This document shows positions 11,411 to 24,197 of a DNA stretch of 64,000 bases, piece after piece (the first letter of the stretch is position 1; each line of letters opens with the position of its first letter). The stretch lies in NCBI RefSeq assembly GCF_036321535.1, contig NC_087436.1, positions 44,456,001-44,520,000 on the forward strand, given 5' to 3'. Source of the stretch: Camelus dromedarius (Eukaryota). A program made the translations under genes and the position numbers. The notes under the pieces were generated by a model. It searched no databases. It was given only the letters and a program-made list of their open reading frames with translations, and was not told where the DNA came from.

Positions 11411-14400
11411 AAATATTCTTCCTTTATCAGCAAAAGCCAAACTTTTATAACATATCTGGCAGACCAAAGCTCAGTTCTTTCAGCTTCAGCGCTTTAACGC
11501 TTTTTAAGTCCAGCGTATTCTTGAAATTACTAAATTAATCTCTTACAAGAAAAAGAGATCTTCTTGCATCTTATCTTTTAAATCTTTATGCTGCATTAAT
11601 ACTTCCTGAATAAGATTCTGACTCAGAGATATGTTTTTGAGTTTTATCTTCTGTTTACAAACTCCAGACTATCAGTCTGCTTAGTCACATGGAATGATGT
11701 TTAGTTATCATCAAAGATTTTACTGAAGCAGATTTAACCACACATTCTTCTGTTTTCCTGTGTTACTTACAGGGCTGTTCACAGTAAAAAATGCTAATTG
11801 AAATGAGAAGGCATTTTTGTGAATTAACTTTCTCTTATATTTAATATTATGTATCTTTAACTCTGCAGCAGTTTATGTGGCAGAAGCTGTTTTAACATTA
11901 TAATTCTACTTCCTCTCTGAGACACAATAAAATGCAGGCAAAATATATAAAGTGAAAAAATATACATTAAGAACAAAGAATGTGATAAAGTGAGAAAGCT
12001 CTCCCCATTTACTAAGATACAGTAACTGGTTCTGCTTTCAGTACATCTTTTCTAAATAAGATATTTGCTCCCTGCATACACCTGAGTTTTTCCAAGGGAC
12101 GTCATTAAAAAGCAGTAGGAGTTAGTACAGCATAACTTGGGCATGGTTTGTCTTGGGGAAGCAGTGTGATACGTGCAGGGAGAAAGCTACTTCTACGTAA
12201 ATGAAAATTTTCCTCTTACCTCTGGAAGCCACAGCCCTAACCTGTGAGATTAATTTTCATCAGAGGATCTGAGCTCTATTTGTATTACATGAAGATATCT
12301 GTAAGTGGATGAGTCCTTCAGAATGCAAATTCTCAAGGTCCAGTTGGGGTGGGGGCAGTGTTTTGAGTTTTAAACAATAGAAAGATCATTTCATAAAACT
12401 TTTGTGATTCCTTTTAAAAACCTCCTAGTTCTCCTAAATTCTTTTCCAATTCATCCTTTTGCAAACTTACAGAGAAATTTTAGTACTCCTATTGAGGCAG
12501 TTGGAATGTTATTATCATGTGAATCCCTCAAATGGCTAAGTTTCAAATTTTTCGTAGGCACTTTCTGATTCTCTTGATCCATGTGATAAATTCAGTTTGG
12601 GCTGAACCTCGGTGTTATGTGGTGAAAATATATGCAATCACAAAGCCAGGGTCGGGGTTGGCTTTAGAATTTTCAGGTGTTTGATTTGGGGGAGGGAATT
12701 TTGGCCACTATTGTCTCATTTCAAAAATGGATATGATGGTGTCTAATTCACAGGATGGTTTAGAGAATGAAGTAATACAAGTATATTATCTTATATATAT
12801 AACTGTGATTTTTATATACAAGTAGTTTTAAGGTATCATTATTTTTGCCGATACTAGGTAACAATTCTGGCTTCTCTTTCTTGTCTCTAAAAATAATGAA
12901 TGTGAGTAACTGTGTGAACAGATATCCAGCTGGATGGTATGTAAGGGAGACTGAGAACACAGTGAGGAGATATTATTGTATTCAGTAGAGCACCTCACAT
13001 ATGTTAGTGCTCACAGCTGGTGAAGAAACAGCACTGATAGATGCTGACATTTAGATTTTTGTTTTAAGAGATTAAATTGGTAATGGGGATGCATTCAGAT
13101 AAGAGGAGCTATTCCTGCTGCAGAGGTCATGATATCCACAAATCTGGTCCTATTTTATCAATTTATGTTGAAAATTATTACCAGTGCTAATAGTTCCATA
13201 CAAACTACTCAAAGTACTTCAAGGAGACCAAGTACAGCTGTTTGGCACACCACAGGTATTGATAATAAATATGTTTGATAGTTGCTGATATAAAGCAGCA
13301 GCTCTACCGTGTTGACCTTTAGCAGCCCTCCTTAGTGTGTCAAAACTTAAGTCTTTCAGGGGAGTCATGTTATGCAACATCACCTGAAATCGAACACTAG
13401 CAATTTTTTTAAAGTAATAAACTATTGGGTAAGTAGGTTGCTTTTATCATCTTTTCAATCTCTCATCCTAAAGCTTTGGTGATAATTTAAAATACAGAGA
13501 GACACTTTAGCAGGGTCTTTAAAATCAATTTGTAATTTCAGCACTGTATTATTCAATTAATCCTAAAAGCAGTACAACCTTTTGAATGACTTTGAAATAT
13601 CCTTCACTTCAACAAAGAAAGAAAAAATGAAAAAAAATGAAAAAAAAACAACAGAGAAAGGAAAATAATGGTTTTATATTATTTACATAACTGTGTATGA
13701 GATGAGAAAATATTTCAATGAATGTTGCTATGCACCTGACTTAAATATATGGGCTTACTATATGGAAATTTTCCTAGGTTATGTTTGTAAAAATAACAAA
13801 ACATTTTAAATATGTCAAGTGAATTCTAGCATACATTAATTTAAGTCTATTTATGAATTTTCAAAATTTGTTGTAAACATTGCTTCTTGCTTTTGATGTC
13901 CTTTACAAATTCTTACCATTTATCAGATAACTTTATGAGGCTCTGTTGGTTTTTTAGCAGGGATGGTATTTATTTTTCTTCCCACAGTACAGTATGATAT
14001 CTTTAGAACTTGCTAGTCATTTCTTTTTCTTGAGTAACATGATTTATGTTTATCTAAAGATAAGTACACCATAAGAAAAATAAGGAAAACTATTTTACAA
14101 AAGACTTTTGGGAGGGCAGATGTTTATTTATATCAATGATAGCATTATTAAACAAAATTTCTTTGGAGCTACAAGAAATATAAATATGGACAACCATCTA
14201 GTAGACGGATATAACAATTATATGTAACTGGCTAATGACAATCCTCACCTCCTGGGTGCTTATAGATGAAGGGTAATTTGTGAGATTAGGCAGGAAAACC
14301 TTTAGTGTCTGTTATTTGTCTGTGTATTTTAACATGACTCAAACAGAAATTTTCATATGTGCCAGAATATTTTTCAAAAGCTTTCATGTGGTAAATGGCA

Positions 14401-14479
14401 AAAAAAATGCACAAAGTTGATGAGAGCTCACAGAATCTAATGGTCACATCTTGATGGTAGAAAGATTCAGAAACACTTT

Positions 14480-15152
14480 GCTGCCCGATTCTGAGCTCCA
14501 GATTTCGGTATCTCACCTACTTGATATCTTTGATTGGGTATTGATTAGGAATTTCTAATTTATGTCTAAGATTGAAGTCTTGGAGTTTTCTGCCATATAC
14601 TCAGCCTCTCACATCATGATAAATGGTACCAGCATCTTCTGAGTTGCTGAAGTTCCAAACTTAGGAGATATCCTTTTTATTCTTCCTTGGCCTCCACCCT
14701 CTGCTCCAGCATCACCCATCCAACCCCTGACCAAATCTCTACAGTTTTCGTCATCACTGCGACCGCCCATCCATCCCAACATCATGTCTTCCCCAGAGCT
14801 CAAACAGTCATTCTGCTTAAGTCCTTTCAGTGGCTTTCCTTTTCTCTTAGAAAGCCCTCACCTGGGCAACTTGCAGACAGTCTCTTCTTATCCTTCAGAT
14901 TTCAGCTAAGATGCCATCTGACCAGAGAAGCTTCTTCCTTAGTTTCTGTCTCTCTTTTACTCTCCTGTATTTCTATTTACAACATTGTCTGAAATCTGTA
15001 TGTACCTTATCTAGTTCATCTAGTCTTTGACACTAGAGTATAAGCTCTGTTGAGGATGAAAAACTTGCCTGTCATTTTCACCAGTGAATGTTTAGTGTCT
15101 ACCAAGTGCTGGGCATGTGATAAATGCTTAATAAATAATTATTGAGTGATAA
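14480..15152 (+). mobile_element. L2 LINE 3' portion
   Basis: CTGAGCTCCAGA...AAATGGTACCAGCATC...CCTTCAGATTTCAGCT...ACTAGAGTATAAGCTC...ATGCTTAATAAATAATTATTGAGTGA occur in L2 consensus order. Confidence 0.85.
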
Positions 15153-15475
15153 AATATATATACATGTGTTTAGGGGCTATGGTACCTGCCAGGGAAACCT
15201 GGAACACAGGTGATATCATGAATATATGAAAAGAGAATTGAAGTATGAGAAACAGAGAAAAAAATCCAATTTCTTTTGAGTACAATTAAAGTTCATGAAG
15301 TATAGTAATAAGTAATGAAGCAGGAATAATAGGCCTGGGACAGTTTGTTGAGTCTTAATTGCAAGGGAACAAAGCTTGTACTTAATTTGTACATCAATAA
15401 GGAGATTGCCGTTCTCTTCAGTTCATGAAACATACGAAGAGACAGCTGGCCAAAATGACAAATCTTGCCATCTAA

Positions 15476-15660
15476 GGAGCCACAGTACCTGGGATTGAAT
15501 CTCAGTTCTGCTGCTTGCTTCCTAGCTGTGTGGCTTTGAGAAAGTCACTTCACTTTTCTATGCCTCATTTTCTACATCTGTAAAATGGGGGAAGTAATTT
15601 TTAGTATCTTAAGTTTTATGAAGTATTAAAAATTAAAATGTATAAAGTGCTTAAAATTTT
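15476..15660 (+). mobile_element. MIR SINE
   Basis: Core CTAGCTGTGTGGCTTTGAGAAAGTCACTTCAC...GCCTCATTTTCTACATCTGTAAAATGGGG. Confidence 0.9.
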
Positions 15661-16962
15661 ACCTCACTTCATTTACTATTATCTATTCTTACTTCACACT
15701 TAGCCACAGGCAAAAGTACGTGCGTTTTGCCTATTTTTTTCCCTAAAATATCCAAACTTACAGAACAAGATGGTAGGGGAAAGATTACCTTTCCAGGTAT
15801 GCTATCTTCCAGTTTTAAGACTCTTTAAGGATAAAATAGTCTTTTGTGTGAACTTTGTTATTGCTGTTGTTGTTATTTTGATAAGTAATATTAAATTCCA
15901 GGTTTCAGGGTTTCACCCTCATTTTTCCCGCAGCTCCTTTAAGGGGGAGATGCAGGTCTGATACCTGTAATGGGAAAGAGAGAAGGGAGGATGATTGGGT
16001 AGAAGGTTCTTGAATTGGCCAGGCCAACAATGAGTCCTTGAGCTAAAGATGCTCTTTACAAGGGTCCTGAATTTCTCAGGGACAGGCCTGCTTTTGTTCC
16101 CCCACCATCCTTGGTCATTGGCTAGGAGTAGCCTGTGGGAAGTGTGGCCCCCATGGAAATGTGGTGCTGGATCTGGAGGCAGATCGAGTAGCGGAGGCTG
16201 TCCACACAGCAGGAGGTAAGCACTTTGAACAATCCATTCGGCGTGCACATCTTCCATGACTCCCATGACTACCACACAGGCTGAATACATGTCTCTGACT
16301 TTTTCCTTTTGTCACTACAGTCTGACTGTCTCTCCCAAGTGTAGCAGAAGGTAGGACAGGGCATGAGAATGAAAACAAAACTTTGTTCTGTGCCAGAATG
16401 TGGGAGGTTAGGGCGTGCACAAGGCTTTGCTTCCCCTCTCAGCTGCACCAAACCTTAGTGACTTGAGGTGGCAGAAAGGGTGGAGAAAAGACCACAACCC
16501 TGATACCTTTACACAGAACATGGCCCATGCGTTGTGTGAAGTACCAGTGGAAGGATGGTCCCGGCACTGGTAGGACCCGGGGCACCCTACTGCCTGCAAA
16601 AAATAGAGCATAGTGAACTAAATGACTGAGATTTTCCCTACCCAAGGACCAGGAGAGCACTAATTAGAGCCTGTGGGGAAGAGAAGTTCCCTCTTGCTAT
16701 TGTAAGGTAGAATTGAAGGCATGCACGTCCTCAAACTGCTGACTGGCAGGAGCAGAGACAGCAGCACTTGCCCTCAGCGGTGGGTTTACTGTGTCTCAAG
16801 GTGCTGTAACAGCTTACTCTTAGCTTCCATAGTTCAGACAGCTCTTAGAGAAAGCTGTATAGGGTGGTGGTCCTGCAGCGGGCGGCATGCAGGAACTTCT
16901 GAGCCCCTTTCATGTAATATGAAAACCAAAGAAACCTGGAAGGTGATTCAGGCCTGCTCTCT

Positions 16963-17020
16963 GCCTACCACACTGTGCAAGTTTCCAAACAGCCTACCAC
17001 ACTGTGCAACTTTCCAAACA
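16963..17020. repeat. 29-bp tandem duplication (2 copies, 1 mismatch)
   Basis: GCCTACCACACTGTGCAA(G/C)TTTCCAAACA at 16963-16991 and 16992-17020. Confidence 0.95.
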
Positions 17021-17049
17021 GAAAAGGCAGTTTACCTAGAAGAACACTT

Positions 17050-17165
17050 AAGGGCACTCAGCATCCAGAGAGAAAAAGAATAAGCAGAATTTTTGGAAGA
17101 AAACCAGGAAGGTCTTTGATTTTTCCATAGTAACATTCAGTGCCAGAAAACAGATGGATATAGAT
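17050..17165 (+). mobile_element. HAL1/old L1 ORF1 fragment
   Basis: GCATCCAGAGAGAAAAAG...GATTTTTCCATAGTAACATTCAGTGCCAGAAAACAGATGG corresponds to the ORF1 DFS...ARRQW region. Confidence 0.65.
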
Positions 17166-17204
17166 GGCAATATTAATACAAACAATAGAAAAATAAGAGA
17201 ATCT

Positions 17205-17287
17205 CACACTGTAACTGACTATACTTCAATTTAAAGAAAGAAAGAAAACAAATTATCCACACAAATAATTTAAAAAAAAAAAAGAAA
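17205..17287 (+). mobile_element. Extremely 5'-truncated younger L1 (3' terminus plus A-tail) with a 15-bp target-site duplication (TSD)
   Basis: CACACTGTAACTGACTATACTTCAATT followed by an A-rich tail. Flanks are AAAATAAGAGAATCT (17190-17204) and AAAAGAAGAGAAACT (17288-17302), 13/15 identical. Confidence 0.75.
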
Positions 17288-17419
17288 AAAAGAAGAGAAA
17301 CTAAAGAGATTCAGATGCAGCACTGAAAAATGACCTGGAATTAAAATTAACAATTTGTTTTTAAATTCTAAATTTCAATAGATAAATTCTGGGATGATTG
17401 CTTTTGAACTTTATCTCTT

Positions 17420-18160
17420 AAATGATTGGATTTTGCCATTGAAACCTTTTTCCTTTTATCAGTATGACTTACGGCTGTTGCATTTCCTGAATTTTTTCAT
17501 GTTTAAAAATATCTGCTGCCTTTTTACTTGAATAACTGCTTGGCTGGGTATTATGTTCTTGCATCACACTTGTCTACGTTGTGCAACTGTTTTCTGGCAC
17601 TGCATGTTTCTGTGGAGAAATCTGAAGCCTGCTTGAATTTTCCATCCGTGCAGGTGAATTGCTTTCTCTATCTAGATGCTTGAGTAATTCTTTCTTAATC
17701 CTTGACATTCTATGGCTAAACTAGGATTGAACAGTCTGTCTCAAATTTTTCTTTGTACCCTTTAAGCTGCAAATTCAGTTTTCTTTCTTTATTTCAGATT
17801 TATGTAAATAACATCAGACATATCGTTTGGTCCATTTGCTGGGTTTTCTACTTCATCTTGTTCATCTTGATCTATCTTTCATGTACATTATCTTCTCTTT
17901 AGTTTAAGATCTTGGTCTTGGCCCATCCTACATTTAGGATGATTATTTAAAGCCTTTTATTTATGCCAATTAACTTTTGAATCACGCATATTTGGTCATT
18001 CTGCTTCTAATTTATTATTAATTCTGCAATAAAGTTGTTTTATTCTCAATTTGTTTTCTCAATATTAAATACCACTTTCTAGCCTGTTCTAGATATTAAC
18101 ATCTCAACTCTGGTATCTTATTCAATTTAACTCATGTTCTTGCTGTGTATTTTTTAGTAT
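17420..18160 (-). mobile_element. HAL1/old L1 ORF1 region, reverse orientation
   Basis: TTGGCTGGGTAT...TTCTGGCACTGCATGTTTCTGTGGAGAAATCTGAAGCCTGCTTGA...CTAGATGCTTGAGTAATTCTTTCTT. Confidence 0.75.
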
Positions 18161-18163
18161 AAA

Positions 18164-18533
18164 TGTCTTAGTTCATTTGGACTACCATAACAAAAATGCT
18201 GTCAACTGGGTTGTTTGAAAATAATAGAATTTTTTTTTTTTCATAGCTCTTGGAGGCTTGGAAGTCCAAAATCAAGGCCCCTGTAGATTCAGTATCTGCT
18301 AAGGGCAGGCTTCCTGGTTTGTAGATGTTCATCTTGCTGTGTCCTCACATAGTAGAAGGGGACAAGGAAGCTTTCAGAAGTCTCTCTTTTATAAGGATAC
18401 TAATCCAATTCATGAGGCTTCTGCCCTCATGACCTAATCACTTCCTGAAGATGTCGCCTCCAAATACCATCACACTGGGGATTGGGTATCAACATATGAA
18501 TTTTGGGAGGACACAAGCATTCAGTCTGTAGCA
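18164..18533 (-). mobile_element. Complete MLT1A-like solo LTR (MaLR), 370 bp
   Basis: TG...CA termini. Contains GGAAGTCCAAAATCAAGG, CCCTCATGACCTAATCAC and AACATATGAATTTTGGGAGGACACAAGCATTCAG. Perfect 5-bp TSD ATAAA at 18159-18163 and 18534-18538. Confidence 0.95.
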
Positions 18534-19099
18534 ATAAAGAAGTAGGGAATAATCATCTTTTCGCTGACTTATACTTCCACCAGATTGCATTCTTTAATGA
18601 TTTGATCTTTTCTTTGTACTGAGGAGAAGTGGAAAAGGTTGCTGGAGGGAAACTGAGGAGTAAACAAAAAGGCTGATTTTCTCTGATTGAAATATGCTTA
18701 ATTAAAGTCGTATCTATCCCCCATGGGAATAAATATATATCTATAGGAAGACGAGTCAGTGATATTGCTTATTTTCCAACAAACTTTTTCACTTCTCTTC
18801 AGTAAAAGGAGGAAAAAAATACTGAAACTCATTTGATTTTTATGAAGTCCATATTTAGGAGTATTAATAAGGAATCTCAGAATTCATTGACTCATCAGCA
18901 AGGGTCTTGAGAATTAGAAATTGATGTGTGTTTTGTATCTTTATTGTATTTAGGATTTCTGTTTCCTTACATGATTGCCAATTTTTGAAGCTTATTATTT
19001 ATTCAATTTTCTTTGATTTATTGCATCTGGAAGTTTTTAATCTTGTTTTATTATTTTGTATTTTCACAAGCCACTTAAGTATTTTGGGAATGAATTCTT

Positions 19100-19500
19100 C
19101 AATGTGACATCAGTCAGCCAAGAGAAAAAAATTAAATAAAATCTATAAAGAGATTGAATTATTTATGCATTTGTGTATATGCACATATAACTTGATTACT
19201 GGATACTTAGAAATATTCTAATAGCATCTTCTAAAAAAATACTAAAATTATTAAATGACTTTGATAAATAAAAATAAACAGATACAGTACAATAGGTTTC
19301 ATCTATACTGTCAACAGTTAACTAAAATGAAATTGTAAAAATGCCATGCATATTATTGAGAAAACCTTTAAAATTCTTTCAAAATTAATCAGATAGCTAT
19401 GAATAAAGGTACAAAATATTTTAAAGTAATAACGTGAGAACTGAACAAGTAAAAGGACAGACTATGCTATTGGATGGAAGGCAGTATCGTAAAGTCGTAT
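19100..19500 (+). mobile_element. Highly degenerate ancient L1 (L1ME-like) ORF2 fragment
   Basis: A-rich segment with GCCAAGAGAAAAAAATTAAA...TACTTAGAAATA...CTATACTGTCAACAG...ATGCTATTGGATGGAAG in ORF2 order. Confidence 0.6.
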
Positions 19501-22500
19501 CCTGGGTGACCAGTCTTTTGTGGTGAAACCATTTTTTTTCATATTCATTGTACTTTGTTTCCTTATGTGTTTTTTTTCCTATAGTCTCTTCTCATAGGTT
19601 TTACTTCACTTTTTAATCCTAATTAGTGGCGTTATCCTAGCAAATCATCCAAAAGCATTTGGAAGAGTGAGGGATGAAGAATGAACAGAACTTTCTCACT
19701 GGGTCTGTTACAGTGTGGTTTGGCGTGAAGAAGTGGTTGCAGTGCCTTCCTACTGTTAATACATAGTCTGATGATAGGCTCCTGGGAGGGCCCTCTTTTG
19801 TGCCCCAGTAATCTTTCAGCGAACCCTTGATTTGGTGACAGGAGAAATGGGGCACAGAGCCAGTCTGAGAACTCAGATTTTGTATTATCAGTTCAGTAAT
19901 CTTTTTTTCTATACCAGCAATTTCTAACTATATATTTTTCTTTTTAGTGATCCATTTTTATCACTAAAGATAATTTTTAAAAATCAGTAGGAATTTTGAA
20001 AAATTTTCTTTCATGGCAAATGATAAGAAATGATTTTAAGTAAATAAAATCTTTTATTAGTGTATTAGTAACGATTTTATTATAGAGCTTTTTATTCAAT
20101 CCTTAATTGTATTTATATTATAAAACATGTTTTCTTTAGTTAATAAAATCAGTTAAGCTTACTTTCAATTAATTAAATAAGAAAAATAAGATTGCCAACC
20201 AATCAATTTGAAAATCACCTAATATTACACATTTGGTTTGGGAACATTTAAAAGAAAATTTAAGTACAGTTTATAAAATCGAAATAGAAAAAAACTACAT
20301 ACATAAATATGGTAGTTTTTTCCCTTACAAAATAATTAAATTATTACATAGTCTTTTATTTTTTCCCTAATTGAGGAGAGAAAACATTTTAGGCTGTAAT
20401 TTCATTTGAAAGCTTTTCTCCATAAATATGACATTGCCAATATGGGTATGCCTTATTCCTCAGAAGTGAAAATCCAAATTGGAAATAATTGTTGCAGTTT
20501 TTTACAGTGTAGATTTATTTTATAATATGAAAGAGGCATCTTGATGTACAATATAAGATTACTGATCATAGGGAACCAGTGAAGATCATCTTGAAATGGA
20601 TTTGCAAGGTTATAACACAGGCTTTGTGGCAGAGAAAGTGATGTCCACAGTTTTCCATTGGCTCTTTTCCATTTCTTAGCCTCCTTGCAGGTAGGCAAGG
20701 CATAGGACTAATTTTTACCAATGGGCATTTTGTAAGGAGAAATATTTCTTAAAATATCAGATACTCGAGGTTCCAAATTATGCAATTAATTGAAGAATGT
20801 AAGTTTAATACATTCTGTTTTTAGAGTAAATTAATACTATATTGTCTTGCTCACAGAAGACCTTACAATGATTTTACCAACCACAGAACTAAAGGAAAGG
20901 TTTGACTGGTTTGACTTTTGAAAACCATATTCAATTAATGTTAAACATTCCTTGGCACTCTGAGTGCTACTGAGATAGCAAAGAAATGAGTGCATTGACT
21001 ATTTCCCTCAAAAACCTAGTTTTATTAAGTACCCTTAACTTCTAATGCATTTAGCCTACTCTTTTACACTCATATTTTTATTTATCCTAAGGATTTTTAT
21101 TTGAGAATTTTGTTTACCTTATTACAGAGTATCTTTTTAATGCAGTCGTAAAAGGTTTTTTTTTTTTCAATCTTTATGCTGTGGATAGTTGGGTTTCTGA
21201 GAAACAGTTCTTTTTTAACTTTATGGCAACTGAGTCATGAGATTGATTAGGTTCCCCTTTGAAATGACTGTTGATATCAGAGTTAAATTTGTTGGTCATT
21301 CTTCAGTAGACATTTAATATACCATTCTGATTCCTTGCTTCATCTTAGTTATCTTTACTGTATTTTCCCTTTGTCCACATTTTCTTATTTACCTTTATTT
21401 ATGTTACAATAATTAGCTAGATTTTAGTATTTTCAAGTTGCATAAAATTCTTTTTGGGAAAAGTAGTAACTAAATGCTATTTTTACTGAAGGCCACTAGA
21501 GCAATTTCTCTTGCTGCTTAATGTTATAAAGATCAACTGGCTGGAATTTAATTTTTAACTTATTTGCAGCAGTAACTAGCATTTTTCCTTGTGGAGAGAA
21601 ATGCTTTGTTTTAGAAAAGACATTCACTAGTTTGCATGGGTAGGCGACAGTCTCAGTAACGAGAATGTTTTCATGCACCGACACGTCAGAATGCAAAGGT
21701 CAACTAAACATGAGTTACAGAGAAGACTTGCTTTGCTTCTAAAAGGGAGAAAGAATGAGAAAGGAGTAGAAGAGGAAGGGAAAGAAAAGAACCAGAAAAA
21801 TGATGGAAGGCTACATGCCCTGTGATAAGACTTCACCGTGTGCCCCTCTAAAATCTTCAAATATCAAAAAGGAAGGCTTTCTTGTGCACACTAACAGGAG
21901 GGCTGACATTTATGCCAAAATTATGCCAAAGTCAGTAACAGACCAAAACAGCTGATGGAGATGCACAAGGCTAAAGGCAGGTGGAGCAGAGGAAAAGAAG
22001 CCTCCTGGTAATTAGCTGAAATCTGGAAAAGGACTTAGAACTTCCATAGATCAAAGAAAACTGACAAAGTGCTAGCAAAGGTCCCTGGCTTATATACCAG
22101 TGATATTTATTTATTCAAAATTAAATGCAAATATTTTTGAAGTTTACTGTATAAGTATCTTATAGTTCCTGAGGTCAGTTGTATTGTGGGTGGATCAATG
22201 TAATACTTTTTGTTTTTACCATTCTCTAGTCCCAATTTATTTATTTTGTGTGTTGAATTTTAAAATTTTATTTTTGTCTTCCTCAGATTTTATAAGCTTT
22301 CATTAAACATACAAAGTATACAGAGAGATTTTACCTTCTGGGAATATGTAACCTGTTATGGATTATTTTATCTAACAGTTATTAAGAAAATTATTAGTAT
22401 GTTTATAAAAATGTAGATTTTTGGTAATTTTTCTTTAACAAAATCAGTAGATAATCATGATTTTAATAGAGGTTAAATAAATGAATGAAATCATATTTTA

Positions 22501-23062
22501 CTTTTTCTCATATTTTATTCTAAAATTCTAGTCATCTCCGAAAAACCTAAACCTGATGGAGTTGCTAGAAACTAGGTGGGGAATATTGCCAAAAGAGTGG
22601 ATTTGCTGGGATGATCTGCAGTTCACTTTTGCTCCTTTTGAGTTTGCAATGCCTTATACTTTATCTCCACTTAGATATCTAAATGCAGATGCCAAGCAGA
22701 TTCAACCCTACCTCGTGTTCTGTGTGTATGTAACCAAATATTTATAAAACTCTAATGGTTCAGAAAGCTTGGAAAGTCCTGTTTTCAGCTGACAAGGTAT
22801 GTTTCCCCACGAAATATGTCTAGCTATTTTTGTTGCCTTCATTGTCTACTACAGTAAGACACTAGCTTCTACTTGACTCCCTAAAGTGCTTAATTCACCA
22901 TTCATACTGTAGAGTTGCACATAAGTAGTCTTTTACAGGGAAAAAAAAGAAGGCCATGAATGTCAAGAAATAGTTCCTCATATCTTTACCTGGTTTTCAG
23001 GAGGTCAACAAGAAATCCAAAGAAAGAGACAGGAACGTGAAAGTAGCATTAGGTCTCCCCTC

Positions 23063-23086
23063 AAAAAAAAAAAAAAAAAAAAAAAA
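23063..23086. repeat. Poly-A tract (A24)
   Basis: 24 consecutive A. Confidence 0.95.
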
Positions 23087-23829
23087 TCAAAGGAGACTGA
23101 AACTTCCACTTTAAAAAAGTAACTGAGAATAAATAAATGTTTATGATTATCAAGGACCCTTTGTAATAAAAGGAGTGAAAACAAGCTGGCTGTATCTGGT
23201 GGTATTATTAGCAGGACACTTCCTCTGAGAGAGTCTTGCTAGTTAAGGCTGTAAAAGGAGCAACAGATAAGCTGGAGTGCTCACAACTTAGCAACAGCTT
23301 GGAAAGTATTGTCAATAAATGCCCCAGTTTGAAACGGGGCCAAGTGATAGGATGTGATAATATCGTACAATTGAAGCAGCACTTCAGTATCTAATCTTAG
23401 GATTAGAGAAGATCTGGGGGTTCACACCGCTGAAGCCATGTCAGGGTGGAATTTATAGCTCTTCTCCATTGATATTAATAACAGCCACAGATTAGTGGAG
23501 GCAAACTTTGATACAGTTTACTGCAACATGTCTTTGATAAAGTGTGGAAACTTGCTCTTTTTACCAGGAGGGAAAAAAAAAAAAAGACCCCCACTCCCAA
23601 AAGCGTTGTACTAGAAATGAAAGCATCTGGTTCCCACTATCACCATGTTTTGTATAAGTGCTTCCAAAGATCTAGTTCCTTGATAATGGCCTTTGGTAAA
23701 TTCATTTAAGAAAAATTTGGCCCCACACCAACATTTCCCTGCACAACAATGACTTCGCACGTGAGAGGGTCCTTGGCCAACCCAGACTTTCATGGTCAGC
23801 GTAATAGTGAGATAATTTGCATTTAGTTC

Positions 23830-24197
23830 TTGATGGGCAAACAGGAAATCCCATGGAAGTATGTTACCACTTCAGAAATAGCTGACCAGGAAGCCAGGAG
23901 GGAAGTAAGGAGGCGACCATGGGAGGGAGAGGAAGATGAGAGAAGAAGGAGAGGAATGGAGTATGAGCGAGAAGACAAATTGGAAACAGAAGCTTGAATG
24001 GGAAGATGCCATTTTAGAAAGTAATCTTTTGAATTCTGTGTCTTAAGTCATGCCTAGAAGCTGTCCAAACTACAGCCAAATAATGAGATTATGTCTGATT
24101 CCCCAACCTAGCGCTGTCAATTTTGGTTAGTGTGATGTCTATAATGCATTTGGTGTGGTTACTTTTTGTTTTGTAGCAGCCGCAGGAATCCTCTACA
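23830..24197 (+). mobile_element. Possible old ERVL/MaLR LTR fragment
   Basis: GTCATGCCTAGAAGCTG and the 3' end GTTTTGTAGCAGCCGCAGGAATCCTCTACA resemble old MLT1/ERVL LTR ends. Family uncertain. Confidence 0.35.

Noticed and set aside
23040..23100. A24 tract as a retrocopy or SINE tail
   Set aside because: I found no recognisable element body or TSD.
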